DNA of 64,000 bases, taken from IMG/VR virus record IMGVR_UViG_3300005647_000006. The stretch is one strand, 5' to 3'. This document shows, piece after piece, positions 46,299 through 55,719 of the stretch. This stretch comes from a virus. The notes below the pieces were generated by a model. The model was not told the origin of the DNA, did no database searches, and saw nothing but the letters and a program-made list of their open reading frames with translations. Each line of letters begins with the position of its first letter. Position 1 is the first letter of the stretch. Position numbers and translations under genes: made by a program.

Positions 46299-46589
46299 AT
46301 GACTACGGAAAAACCAAATTATAGAGTTGTAATAAGAAATAGATTCAATATAAAACTTAACAAGTATGCACTTTTTATAATAGATAATAATGACATTATA
46401 GGTACGACTGCTTCATTTGAAGAGATTTATAACGTCATGTATGGTGATGTTAAATGGCTTCATAGATTAATGAAGCTATTGGATGATTTTTTGGTTGATG
46501 GTGATATATGGAGCATCGAAGAAAAAACTAATTTTGGTTGGATTGATACTGATTTGATTGATAGTGTTGACATGTTAATACATATTTAA
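46299..46589 (+). CDS. family C paralog
   Basis: VMYGDVKW; ends VDMLIHI. Confidence 0.7.
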   Translation: MTTEKPNYRVVIRNRFNIKLNKYALFIIDNNDIIGTTASFEEIYNVMYGDVKWLHRLMKLLDDFLVDGDIWSIEEKTNFGWIDTDLIDSVDMLIHI

Positions 46590-46607
46590 TTATAGGAGAA
46601 TAATAGA

Positions 46608-47033
46608 TTGGCAACTTTAGCAAGAGCGATGGCGATAGCTTGTACGGAATTTGAACACAAAGTAGATAAAGGTGGCAGACCTTATGCAGAACATTGCATG
46701 GTTGTAGCTGAAGGTGTAAGGCATCTAGGTGATGAGTATATGATTGTGGGATGGTTGCATGATCTAGTAGAAGATACGTGCTGGACGTTGGAGATGCTTG
46801 CTGACGAGGGATTTAGTGAAGCGGTGATAAAGTCTATTAGCATAATGACTCATTCTGACGATGATGATTATCTGACTGTTTACATTAAAGAGGTATCTAC
46901 TGATAAAATGGCAAGCGCTGTTAAAAAATCTGACCTTACACATAACATGGATATTAAGCGATTGAAGGGATTGCGTAAAAAAGATTTTGATCGACTGGAA
47001 AAATATGCCAGAGCTTATACTTATCTGAGTTAA
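46608..47033 (+). CDS. HD-domain (p)ppGpp hydrolase-like (Mesh1/SpoT-type) protein
   Basis: DKGGRPY..H, WLHDLVEDT, VKKSDL.HN; TTG start with GGAG RBS. Confidence 0.75.
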   Translation: MATLARAMAIACTEFEHKVDKGGRPYAEHCMVVAEGVRHLGDEYMIVGWLHDLVEDTCWTLEMLADEGFSEAVIKSISIMTHSDDDDYLTVYIKEVSTDKMASAVKKSDLTHNMDIKRLKGLRKKDFDRLEKYARAYTYLS

Positions 47034-47035
47034 TT

Positions 47036-47359
47036 ATGGTGCGTTATATTATAGTCAGTGTATCTATGTATAGTGTTCTGACAAGTCAAAAACATGAAAA
47101 TGCTATACGATACTATTTTGGTGAAAAGAAGACTGGTGGGATAGATATTGTTTCAATTCACAATAGAAACCCACAACATCCATTTGAAGTTAAAAACAAA
47201 ACGGATTCTGTTTTTTATGGCAGTTATTACTGGGCTATGTCTTTACAACGACTTGTAGATAGATCAAATGAAGAAGCTGTTATTGAAATTTATGAGTTTA
47301 TGAACAATTGGTATACTCCTGAATTTAAAAATTCAATTAAGAAAATGATTGAATTATAA
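47036..47359 (+). CDS. family C paralog
   Basis: VFYGSYYW; ends KKMIEL. Confidence 0.65.
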   Translation: MVRYIIVSVSMYSVLTSQKHENAIRYYFGEKKTGGIDIVSIHNRNPQHPFEVKNKTDSVFYGSYYWAMSLQRLVDRSNEEAVIEIYEFMNNWYTPEFKNSIKKMIEL

Positions 47360-47596
47360 ATCAATAAGAGTATCAACTATTCTTTGGTATGGCTCGTTGA
47401 TGCTAAGAGTTCTATGAAATAAATCATAAAGAGATTTTATATCTTTATCAGATAATTGAGTTACATCGTCAGAAAAAGTACCAGTTCTTTCTGACAATGG
47501 AAAAATTTTAAACACATTAACTTTGGCACCATTCGTCAAATCATCATAATGTTTGACCATCCAATCAATTCTTTTTTCTCGAACTGATTTTCGCAT
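47354..47596 (-). CDS. hypothetical protein with shared tail
   Basis: ends VDTLIDL. Confidence 0.6.
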   Translation of the reverse strand: MRKSVREKRIDWMVKHYDDLTNGAKVNVFKIFPLSERTGTFSDDVTQLSDKDIKSLYDLFHRTLSINEPYQRIVDTLIDL

Positions 47597-47597
47597 C

Positions 47598-48089
47598 TTA
47601 AACTCGTGTGATGGTCAGTAATAAAATTGCTAATAGTGAAAATACTATCATCCAACCAGTCCAATTAGTTTTCGATCCTGCATCATTTACTTCTCGTTCT
47701 TCTATATTATCAGAATTTTTTTCTATCTCAGCAGCTTGAGCTTCGTATAGCTCCATTGTACGGGCTTTCTCAGCTTCAACGGTTTTGATAATATTTTCTT
47801 TATATAAAAATGGAACTCCGTTGGAAATAGAAAGATCATCTATTAAAGTATTCATTTTTATATTCATAAGATCGATTCTATGTTCGAGTGTGGCAATCAT
47901 ATCATCGTCTATTTCATCATCTAGACCATCAAATTCTCCAATCAGTGTCATTACTTCTTCTGATTTATCACCTTCGGCGAAATCTCGTAGCGCTGAAAAA
48001 TATTTTATCTTTCTATTTAATTCATATACTTCATTGTGTTTGACCCAAGCGGTCGCGATTCTTAATTCTTCTTCTGTTGGTGCGAACAT
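47598..48089 (-). CDS. coiled-coil protein with C-terminal TM anchor
   Basis: hydrophobic C-terminus. Confidence 0.65.
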   Translation of the reverse strand: MFAPTEEELRIATAWVKHNEVYELNRKIKYFSALRDFAEGDKSEEVMTLIGEFDGLDDEIDDDMIATLEHRIDLMNIKMNTLIDDLSISNGVPFLYKENIIKTVEAEKARTMELYEAQAAEIEKNSDNIEEREVNDAGSKTNWTGWMIVFSLLAILLLTITRV

Positions 48090-48104
48090 ACGAAAATCCT
48101 TTGA

Positions 48105-48482
48105 TTATATTTGAGTTAATCTACTGATTGTTTTATTAATTGCACAATCAGTATCGGCTTTAAAATAATAATATAGTGGTGTGTTTATTTGATTATACAT
48201 TTTAATTATTATATCATTTTCGTTAGTTTTAATCTCTATTTTTAGATCAATTTTAATATTTTGACCTTTTTCGTGTTCAATACGTATGACATTTCCATGT
48301 ATACTGCTATTTTTAATTGCTGGATTATAGATTGTCATTGGTGTTTGGATTAAATTTTCTAAATTTGTATATAGTGGATGGAATAAGGTTAAGCTTATTT
48401 CTGTTTCAAGTGGGGAATAATCATCCATTATACTTAATGGTGAAAAAGAATCCATGATGCACATATGTTTCAGTTCACTCAT
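48105..48482 (-). CDS. hypothetical protein with shared tail
   Basis: ends ISRLTQI. Confidence 0.6.
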   Translation of the reverse strand: MSELKHMCIMDSFSPLSIMDDYSPLETEISLTLFHPLYTNLENLIQTPMTIYNPAIKNSSIHGNVIRIEHEKGQNIKIDLKIEIKTNENDIIIKMYNQINTPLYYYFKADTDCAINKTISRLTQI

Positions 48483-48673
48483 AACTCTCCATCAATTGAT
48501 GTATATTCACCACTAGCACCCAGTATTAGTGACTTACCAATTTCTTCAATCTTTTCTATTGAAAATGATTCAAGGCCATCAAGTTCTGCTCTGCGCGATG
48601 CAGATGTTGCTGAAAAAAACTTACCAATTTCCTTTCCAGTGTCTAAATCAATAAGTTTATATCGTTTAACCAT
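48479..48673 (-). CDS. hypothetical protein
   Basis: YKLIDLDTGKEIGKF. Confidence 0.6.
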   Translation of the reverse strand: MVKRYKLIDLDTGKEIGKFFSATSASRRAELDGLESFSIEKIEEIGKSLILGASGEYTSIDGEL

Positions 48674-49042
48674 TCAAATATCTTCCATATGTTTTAATTC
48701 ATCGTAGATATAGTATGGATGCCACTGCCCATCATCTTCACCAGCTTCAAGATAATAGCCTCTATCACATAGAAGCTGATCAACAAATTCTTTTAGTTCA
48801 TCTTCATTAGGTAAATCCAAATCATCACATTCTTTAATTTCCACTAATTTCATTGTGGACATTATAAAATTGAAATCACCGTACTTTAAATGATTTTCAC
48901 TAGACCAATAACTTCCGTTGCTTGCTAGACGAAAACCAAATTCTTGCTTTTCATCCAAAATAATATAAAAATCTGATATTATCGGCTTTATAGGTCTACT
49001 AGTCTTATAAGCTGGATTTCTTTTTCTGATTCTAAAATTCAT
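48674..49042 (-). CDS. family C-related protein
   Basis: LKYGDFNF; ends LKHMEDI. Confidence 0.6.
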   Translation of the reverse strand: MNFRIRKRNPAYKTSRPIKPIISDFYIILDEKQEFGFRLASNGSYWSSENHLKYGDFNFIMSTMKLVEIKECDDLDLPNEDELKEFVDQLLCDRGYYLEAGEDDGQWHPYYIYDELKHMEDI

Positions 49043-49420
49043 TTATAATTCTTCCAATGAATCTAGGCAATCGCTTAATACTTTTTGTTTGTAATTAACC
49101 CATCTACCCTTGTATTTATTGCGTTTAACTTCTTTATATCTTGGGTTATACCACTGTACTTTAATATCATCCATCGAACCTACTGATTCTGATACTATTT
49201 TTAATATATCATTAAGCCATTGTTCGTCGCCAAACATGATGTTTGAATAGCTAATACCGAAATCAAAATAATCATATTCACGTATTAATGAAGCTTGATG
49301 AAATGATGTTGTATCAAATGGCATATTGTATCCTATATAAGTAGAACCAAACCATGTGTTTTGAGGTGAACCATCAATTAATATAACCCTAAATTTTGGC
49401 TGTAATTTTTTAGACTTCAT
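49043..49420 (-). CDS. family C paralog
   Basis: IMFGDEQW; ends LDSLEEL. Confidence 0.7.
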   Translation of the reverse strand: MKSKKLQPKFRVILIDGSPQNTWFGSTYIGYNMPFDTTSFHQASLIREYDYFDFGISYSNIMFGDEQWLNDILKIVSESVGSMDDIKVQWYNPRYKEVKRNKYKGRWVNYKQKVLSDCLDSLEEL

Positions 49421-49739
49421 TAATCAAATTCTCAATAGACTTTATAACATTTTCAATGTTAGTTAATTCCATAAAAAGCCATGTGTTTTCTTTAGTTAAA
49501 TATTGAATACCGATATCTGTATCTGCTGGTATAACTCCTATGTCTTTTATTATTTGTTGATGAACATCATATGGAAATACGTTATATTGAATATACTCTG
49601 ATTCAATTCCATTTCGTTTTCCATATGGATCACTATCAGCATCATTCCATATCATTTCACCATCAGGATTACGACCATTATAAAGGCAAGCAACACTATA
49701 AAATTCATTATAATTAAATATTCTAAATTTCATAATCAA
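49410..49739 (-). CDS. family C-related protein
   Basis: MKFRIF...NTWL; ends IENLINEV. Confidence 0.6.
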   Translation of the reverse strand: MIMKFRIFNYNEFYSVACLYNGRNPDGEMIWNDADSDPYGKRNGIESEYIQYNVFPYDVHQQIIKDIGVIPADTDIGIQYLTKENTWLFMELTNIENVIKSIENLINEV

Positions 49740-50068
49740 ATTTCTCCAAGTGCTTTTAACATAGATTCAATTTGCCACGGTGAAACAACTCCTGTTGCTT
49801 TTCTAATATCAGAAAAATATCCACGAATTTTAATGGTATCTTTCCAAAAAACGTCGCCCGATTCTTCGTAAATATCTTTATACTCTCTGAGTAATATTTC
49901 TTTCACATTGTCTATATAATTAATATCACCAAACCAACTATATTCATCACCATATTCGCCAATAGATTGCAATGATGCTGTGTTAATCTCTTGATAGCCA
50001 GATTCCATAGTATGGATACCGAACACGATGCATGTATCACCTTCTTGCCGTGTTGCTATATAGTTCAT
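49736..50068 (-). CDS. family C paralog
   Basis: SWFGDINY; ends LKALGEI. Confidence 0.65.
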   Translation of the reverse strand: MNYIATRQEGDTCIVFGIHTMESGYQEINTASLQSIGEYGDEYSWFGDINYIDNVKEILLREYKDIYEESGDVFWKDTIKIRGYFSDIRKATGVVSPWQIESMLKALGEI

Positions 50069-50352
50069 AATTTCTCTAGTTCACAAACTGCCGTTATTAC
50101 TTGAACATCAGTCCATTTAAAATCAAAAAATGCTTCAATTTTAATTTTGTAATCATCACTAGGATATGATGAATTATATAAATGAATCATTTCATATATC
50201 CATTCAGTACCACCAAATAAACTTGTATCGTTACCCATGAATAGATGTATAGATGCCAATGAACCATCTACCTGATAAAAGAAAGTATCATTTTTAATCA
50301 TTCCATGCAGTGGATGATATGTATATGGGCTTCTAAGCCGGTATTTCATCAT
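50065..50352 (-). CDS. family C paralog
   Basis: LFGGTEW; ends VCELEKL. Confidence 0.65.
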   Translation of the reverse strand: MMKYRLRSPYTYHPLHGMIKNDTFFYQVDGSLASIHLFMGNDTSLFGGTEWIYEMIHLYNSSYPSDDYKIKIEAFFDFKWTDVQVITAVCELEKL

Positions 50353-50671
50353 ATTTCCACAGTGGCTTGTGGCTGCTATAGTCAAACCAAGTATCGTCTA
50401 CATAGCCAGTCTCCCAGTCTGTGGACGTACTAAATAATACTGTTACTTCGTGCACCCCACATGGAAGAACTTCTAAACCACGCATTCCTAATTCTTCTGT
50501 AGTTGTCCCGTTTTCAAAAAATGACCAATGAATGTTAGGACGAACCATTACGTGCGATTCTCCAGAATCATCAGTTGCAATTATCCACACGGAATTATTT
50601 GGATGATCATATTCATCATCATCTTCTGCATCCGCTTCGCGGAGCATATCTTCCATTAGAACACCTAACAT
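50333..50671 (-). CDS. hypothetical acidic protein
   Basis: ORF track. Confidence 0.65.
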   Translation of the reverse strand: MLGVLMEDMLREADAEDDDEYDHPNNSVWIIATDDSGESHVMVRPNIHWSFFENGTTTEELGMRGLEVLPCGVHEVTVLFSTSTDWETGYVDDTWFDYSSHKPLWKYDEIPA

Positions 50672-51096
50672 TAGATTGATTTTCCTGCATCATCTAATTT
50701 CAATGAACCATGAAAATATCTTTTTAATAATTGAATATCATTTTTTGATAATCGATCATTGAGTAGAATTGCTAATTCTTTTTTATCAGAATTTTCGTCA
50801 GATTCTCTCTGTATACGTTTCTCATCCATTGCTTGATGATCACGCCACCACATTTGAGCTTCTAGACTTAGTGCGCTGATTTGAGGGGCATCTGCACTTG
50901 TAAACCAAGCACACAAGTCCGATTCCAACGTTCCAAGATCACCAACATTTCTTCTACCTTCTTCCCAGCCTCTACTGTTAAATAGTCCAGTATCCATCTC
51001 TCCGGTTCTAAGTTCTTCAGTAACAGCTATTGCTTTCCTAAGTGCACGTTCTTCTTGAGAAGCTGTATAATCGTTTCTACTGTCCATACAACCCAT
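50671..51096 (-). CDS. hypothetical phage protein
   Basis: MGCMD start; LC...WW..HQ..D..R; GGAG RBS. Confidence 0.7.
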   Translation of the reverse strand: MGCMDSRNDYTASQEERALRKAIAVTEELRTGEMDTGLFNSRGWEEGRRNVGDLGTLESDLCAWFTSADAPQISALSLEAQMWWRDHQAMDEKRIQRESDENSDKKELAILLNDRLSKNDIQLLKRYFHGSLKLDDAGKSI

Positions 51097-51106
51097 GTTA
51101 TTTCTC

Positions 51107-51505
51107 CTAATTTATTTGTAATGGTATTATATCATCGTGAAAATTTAAATTGGTATTGTGGTGTGAATTGGTGCCAAATTGGTTCTTCATTATTGAGGAT
51201 AGGGCAGCATTTTCCATCAAGAATTTTTTTGCTTCTCCACGCGAAGGTAGAGTCAGATAAACATCACCAGATTCAGCAAAATCTTGTCCCTTCCAAAAGA
51301 CATGCTCTAATGAAACGTGATATAAAAATTTAGGTGGGGATAGTTTGATACGTTCTAATGTACCGTTTGTTTCGACGTATTTCCATTTAGTAGACTCAAC
51401 TATATCTTTTACGATAGCGCCCGTAAAATTTCCGTAATAGTAAAATGCCCACAATCCTTCATGTATCTTAGAAAAATAAAATTTCTTAGCTGTCATGTCA
51501 GTCAA
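51107..51505 (-). CDS. hypothetical protein
   Basis: ORF track. Confidence 0.65.
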   Translation of the reverse strand: MTDMTAKKFYFSKIHEGLWAFYYYGNFTGAIVKDIVESTKWKYVETNGTLERIKLSPPKFLYHVSLEHVFWKGQDFAESGDVYLTLPSRGEAKKFLMENAALSSIMKNQFGTNSHHNTNLNFHDDIIPLQIN

Positions 51506-51845
51506 CCACTTTGCTACCTCGGTATAAAACCTTTATTTCAATAACCTTTAAACGATTCAGAAAATCAATTTCTGACATTTTTGTAGTTTTATTGCACTGA
51601 TCAAGTTTATTATCAGTCATAACAACAACATTATCAGAATCTAATTCATAGATATTAACTATTTCTAATTCAGGCAGGCCATCCATAGCTGAAAAATATA
51701 ATTCATATTTTTCTTTGGCTTCCCAAATCTTTTTAACCGATTCAGTTTTATCAATCAAATTTGCATTGATAAACCCAATGGTTTCATTTTTAGGATTTTC
51801 GCTTTTATTCTTTCTAGCGAAAAAAGATATTGTTGTGCTAATCAT
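51498..51845 (-). CDS. hypothetical protein
   Basis: ORF track; overlap-coupled. Confidence 0.65.
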   Translation of the reverse strand: MISTTISFFARKNKSENPKNETIGFINANLIDKTESVKKIWEAKEKYELYFSAMDGLPELEIVNIYELDSDNVVVMTDNKLDQCNKTTKMSEIDFLNRLKVIEIKVLYRGSKVVD

Positions 51846-52306
51846 AGATAGTAAACCACCACATCAATATCAAATTCTTGATTGACGAATACTTTTTTTA
51901 ATATTCCCAAAATAAGATCCCAGTTTCCACCACCTAAACCAGCGCCGATTCGTGGTAGGGCTACCGTTTTAATATCATTCGCCATGCAATACTCTTTGAC
52001 TCTTTCGAAACAAGTTTCTATTGCTGCATACGATATAGGTAAACCATTTTCTGTTAGCTTACCAAGATGTTGTGTAATCGCGTTCGCTATGACTGGACCA
52101 CCATCTTCATTATTAAAGACAACCTTTCCTAACTCGATTCCATCCTTACATTCTTGTTCATATGCAACGAAATTTAATGGATATTGTTGTTTAATAGGAA
52201 CGGCAATGCCTGCACCCATAACACCCATGTCATTACAGCCATGAATTATAAGCTCAGCATTATTACTGAAAAAATCACCCTGTACTTCTTTTACTGTAAT
52301 AGTCAT
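51842..52306 (-). CDS. macrodomain protein (ADP-ribose processing, Poa1p/TARG1-like)
   Basis: GDFF, IIHGCN..GVMGAGIA, ALPRIGAGLGGGNW. Confidence 0.85.
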   Translation of the reverse strand: MTITVKEVQGDFFSNNAELIIHGCNDMGVMGAGIAVPIKQQYPLNFVAYEQECKDGIELGKVVFNNEDGGPVIANAITQHLGKLTENGLPISYAAIETCFERVKEYCMANDIKTVALPRIGAGLGGGNWDLILGILKKVFVNQEFDIDVVVYYL

Positions 52307-52308
52307 TT

Positions 52309-52590
52309 TTATGTTCTCGGCATTATAGAATTTATACCATTATGCTTTGTTCTAATAGTCACTTCTTCGACGTAAAGAACTTCGTCTAATGGATCGCTAA
52401 TTTCTTTATAGACCTTACCTGCAACATCAGTTATGGAAAATTTATTATCGCCCATTTCCATAACTGATTTAACTTGAAATCCGAGATAATAAACTCTATA
52501 TCGGTATGTGGGTATCCACAAAACACTCCCAGACTTAACCATGTAATCGTGTAAGACGGTGCAGTGTTTCCAAGTGTATGCGTTGCTCAT
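52309..52590 (-). CDS. hypothetical protein
   Basis: ORF track. Confidence 0.6.
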   Translation of the reverse strand: MSNAYTWKHCTVLHDYMVKSGSVLWIPTYRYRVYYLGFQVKSVMEMGDNKFSITDVAGKVYKEISDPLDEVLYVEEVTIRTKHNGINSIMPRT

Positions 52591-52606
52591 GGTAGGTAAA
52601 CTATGG

Positions 52607-52927
52607 TTATACTGTTGATTCTTCGTGAGAAGGTTCAGGGTTAGTATCTGCTTGAGCGGCTGTCACATCAGTAGATGTTGTCATTTCTGGATCAGAAGAT
52701 CGCTCTGGTTCAGTAGACGCTACTGCATTGTTTGCTTCATGTTTTATTTGTGAAAAATAAACAATTGCACTATTCTTTGCTGCCCCCACTTCTTCAAATA
52801 ATTGAAGAATTTTTGTTTTATCTTCGCCTTTCGCATGTGCACCATCATGCTCGTGAAAAATTTTACGACAAAGATCTTTCCTAGATTGTTTCATATTGAG
52901 TCCTCTTTTATACTCGTTTTTGTTCAT
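52607..52927 (-). CDS. hypothetical protein
   Basis: ORF track; low-complexity C-terminus. Confidence 0.6.
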   Translation of the reverse strand: MNKNEYKRGLNMKQSRKDLCRKIFHEHDGAHAKGEDKTKILQLFEEVGAAKNSAIVYFSQIKHEANNAVASTEPERSSDPEMTTSTDVTAAQADTNPEPSHEESTV

Positions 52928-53003
52928 CCACCATAGTATAGCACCCCTTTTAATTAAAATGTTAATTAATCAACAAAATTAATTAAGAAAATAGCTATTA
53001 ATT

Positions 53004-53228
53004 ATGATATCATCGCATTCTATGCATGATCTAAATAAATTATCTGACGCAACACTAGCTAGAATGATCGTAGCCTGTAGAGAACTTACTCGCCAAACAG
53101 TTTCTCGTGAGACATATCACGGAATGGCCCCGTATAATTTATGGGTTAAACTAATTCTCGAACAGGGAAGACGAGAAAAATTAGTTAATAAAAAATACTG
53201 TAAAGAATGTGGTCAACCACTAGAGTAA
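53004..53228 (+). CDS. hypothetical protein with C-terminal CxxC
   Basis: YCKECGQP. Confidence 0.6.
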   Translation: MISSHSMHDLNKLSDATLARMIVACRELTRQTVSRETYHGMAPYNLWVKLILEQGRREKLVNKKYCKECGQPLE

Positions 53229-53507
53229 ATCAAGGTCTTCCATCAACATATCAATATAATTCGGTTGAGTGTATGGTACAGCTTTACATCTATTATTCTT
53301 TCTGTAATCGTCGTGCCTAATCAATTGATTTAGTTTGTTTACTTTCCACTTAGCATCTTGATAACCATCGTATACTTGAATACGGAAAGGTTTTGTGTGT
53401 ATGAACCGTTTCCACGCATCTTCGAATGTAAGTACATCAACATTATTCGTACCATTATAAATACGAATAATCATGAATGGTGGATAATCAAACTCTATCG
53501 CTGTCAT
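53220..53507 (-). CDS. hypothetical protein with shared tail
   Basis: ends MEDLDLL. Confidence 0.6.
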   Translation of the reverse strand: MTAIEFDYPPFMIIRIYNGTNNVDVLTFEDAWKRFIHTKPFRIQVYDGYQDAKWKVNKLNQLIRHDDYRKNNRCKAVPYTQPNYIDMLMEDLDLL

Positions 53508-53787
53508 TGTAGAATTGTATAGCGTTCATTTCTTTAGCAATCCAAACTGATTCAACTTGAGAAACATTAATCTTCTGTGGAATCATAAGAACTTTCGGAG
53601 CTTCTGGTTTAATCAATGGGAGAGTATATGACATTGAATTTATACCTGAATCAATGTCAAGAGTTAGCAACCAAACACCTATAACACCACCACTTTTAAA
53701 GTTAATGATGTATTGATATACAATATCATCAGGCGTTAACTCTCTATCTAAATCGATTTCAGTAGGTTTTATTAATACATTACTCAT
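53488..53787 (-). CDS. hypothetical protein
   Basis: ORF track. Confidence 0.6.
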   Translation of the reverse strand: MSNVLIKPTEIDLDRELTPDDIVYQYIINFKSGGVIGVWLLTLDIDSGINSMSYTLPLIKPEAPKVLMIPQKINVSQVESVWIAKEMNAIQFYNDSDRV

Positions 53788-54535
53788 CGTCTTTTACCTT
53801 CATGTGATCTATTATGTAGTCTCGGTCGGCTGTAAACAGTGGAATATCTTCATCAGCACCTATTTCGTTGAGACTAACGCACATACCTCGACGTTTCCAG
53901 TTTTCCAAATCATTCCAATTCACACCATGTTCATTCATCAACATATCTTGAATTTCAGAAGTATTCTTTTTATGTAATTGTTTATGAGAAAAATAACTTC
54001 TACCCAACATTTGGATGCTGTTTCTGGATGCATCTTGTTGTCACCAGATAAAATAATTATTCACTTCATCTTCAGGCAATTGAAATACTCGTGAATCGAA
54101 ATTAGCAAGAGAATTATAACCACGAAAAGTTTCTAATGGATCGTAGTCATACATAGATTTCAAATAATAAAAATTGAATGCTGATGTTGCAATTGATGCA
54201 GAAACGGATGTTATTTTTTGAATTGATCCACCAAACCATTGTTCAGTGGTTAATCTATCTCGATCAGATAATAGTATTGAAATTTCATCTGATTGAAAAT
54301 AAGCAACCTTTGCACACTGAACTTCGTTTAATAATGCAAATGTAGTATCTCGCATCAAACGATGAAATGTATTGCTAAACGGAAATGTAAATTCTGCTTT
54401 TTTTGTAAACGAATGAAATGCCTTACCATCAATTCTTATGATTGTCGGCATTCGTCGAATCAACTTATGCTTATTAACAGATTCGTATTGCTTGATACGT
54501 TGACCTAATGAATCGTTTTTATTTTTATTATTCAT
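53780..54535 (-). pseudogene. thg1: tRNA(His) guanylyltransferase Thg1-like protein with one in-frame TGA at 54041
   Basis: IIRIDGKAFH, QSDEIS, WFGG.IQK, FDSR; YFIW*QQDASRNSIQML continues in frame into 53780-54010. Confidence 0.85.
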
Positions 54536-54727
54536 AATAATTATATCTTAAAAGAAGATTATGAAGTGGTGGTTCAACTCAAAACCACTAGATTTTGATT
54601 AATAGCCACGATTACGTTAGTGATGATTATCTTCTTGCCAGAACTGACTGGCCCCATGAGAGTCTTCACTTCATATCCTTCAAGTAATTAATTATACAGA
54701 TTTATCAATTAATTATTGTTTAACTGT

Positions 54728-54988
54728 TCACATATTATCCAATTCTTCCATGATTTCTTCATTTTTTATTGGTTTGACAGTCATCGAATAAATTTCATAT
54801 GAATGATCATCGTTTTTTTCAAAATATTTTTTTATAAACGTTCGTGCATCTTCTTTGTCTGGGAACATGTATGGAATATAGTCATCATTATAATATTCCC
54901 ATTCTCTTTTACTGTTAAGATACATTAATGTATTATCTTTGTCTCTTAAAGTAACCAAATAGCCGAATGTGATTGGTTTTTTAAGCAT
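54728..54988 (-). CDS. small protein with shared tail
   Basis: ends MEELDNM. Confidence 0.65.
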   Translation of the reverse strand: MLKKPITFGYLVTLRDKDNTLMYLNSKREWEYYNDDYIPYMFPDKEDARTFIKKYFEKNDDHSYEIYSMTVKPIKNEEIMEELDNM

Positions 54989-55236
54989 TATATTAAATCC
55001 AATTGTGAGAAATATTTTTCTCTATTATATAGTCTTGGCTCTGCGCTGATACCACCCGTATCTTCAAGCTCTTGTATGATTCGAAATACTTCACTGTAGG
55101 TGAATGGTGAAGCGTCTACTCGGCCTGCTGTCATACTCCAATGTATATTTTTATAGTTTTCTATATGCTTATCTAAAATTAGATAACGGCGTCGTGTTGG
55201 AAAATAAACCACATAAAATATAACACCATGATTCAT
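54988..55236 (-). CDS. small protein with shared tail
   Basis: ends FSQLDLI. Confidence 0.65.
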   Translation of the reverse strand: MNHGVIFYVVYFPTRRRYLILDKHIENYKNIHWSMTAGRVDASPFTYSEVFRIIQELEDTGGISAEPRLYNREKYFSQLDLI

Positions 55237-55694
55237 CTTCTATTGTCATGATAATCAACCATATCATCAGAGTATGCTTTTAAAATAATGATCATTCCAT
55301 ATCTCAGCATACACACTGCAACAGAGGATATTATCGTACCAATCATATCACCGACTTCAACATACCCATATAAAAATGCAGATAATATAGAAGCAAGAAT
55401 TATCGTCACATAAACATTTGCAGATGATATATTAAAACCTTGTTCTAAGGATCGTTCGAATGATGCATCACTTGGTGTAATAAGTGAACTGTTTTTATTA
55501 AATATTTCTGGGTATCTGTACATCAATCCTAATGATAATATTATTCCAGATAACACTACCAATATCATCAATAGGATCGAATTGGTGGACGCTATAAAAA
55601 GTTGAGTTTTATATCCATAATCGTCGATGGTTATATAATAATGGCTGGACGTAATTACTGCCAAAATATAGGAAATAAATATCATATGTATCAT
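55233..55694 (-). CDS. multi-pass membrane protein
   Basis: about 4 hydrophobic segments. Confidence 0.65.
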   Translation of the reverse strand: MIHMIFISYILAVITSSHYYITIDDYGYKTQLFIASTNSILLMILVVLSGIILSLGLMYRYPEIFNKNSSLITPSDASFERSLEQGFNISSANVYVTIILASILSAFLYGYVEVGDMIGTIISSVAVCMLRYGMIIILKAYSDDMVDYHDNRR

Positions 55695-55719
55695 AAATTT
55701 TTAATCTTTTCTCACCTAA

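Noticed and set aside
20008-54043. Stop-codon reassignment
   Set aside because: TAA, TGA and TAG all end well-supported genes; only isolated in-frame stops occur
54558-54592. GGTTCAACTC T-loop-like sequence
   Set aside because: No closing 5-bp stem and no other tRNA arms
54580-54680. MGPVSSGK P-loop-like fragment on the minus strand
   Set aside because: ORF of about 30 codons with no downstream kinase motifs
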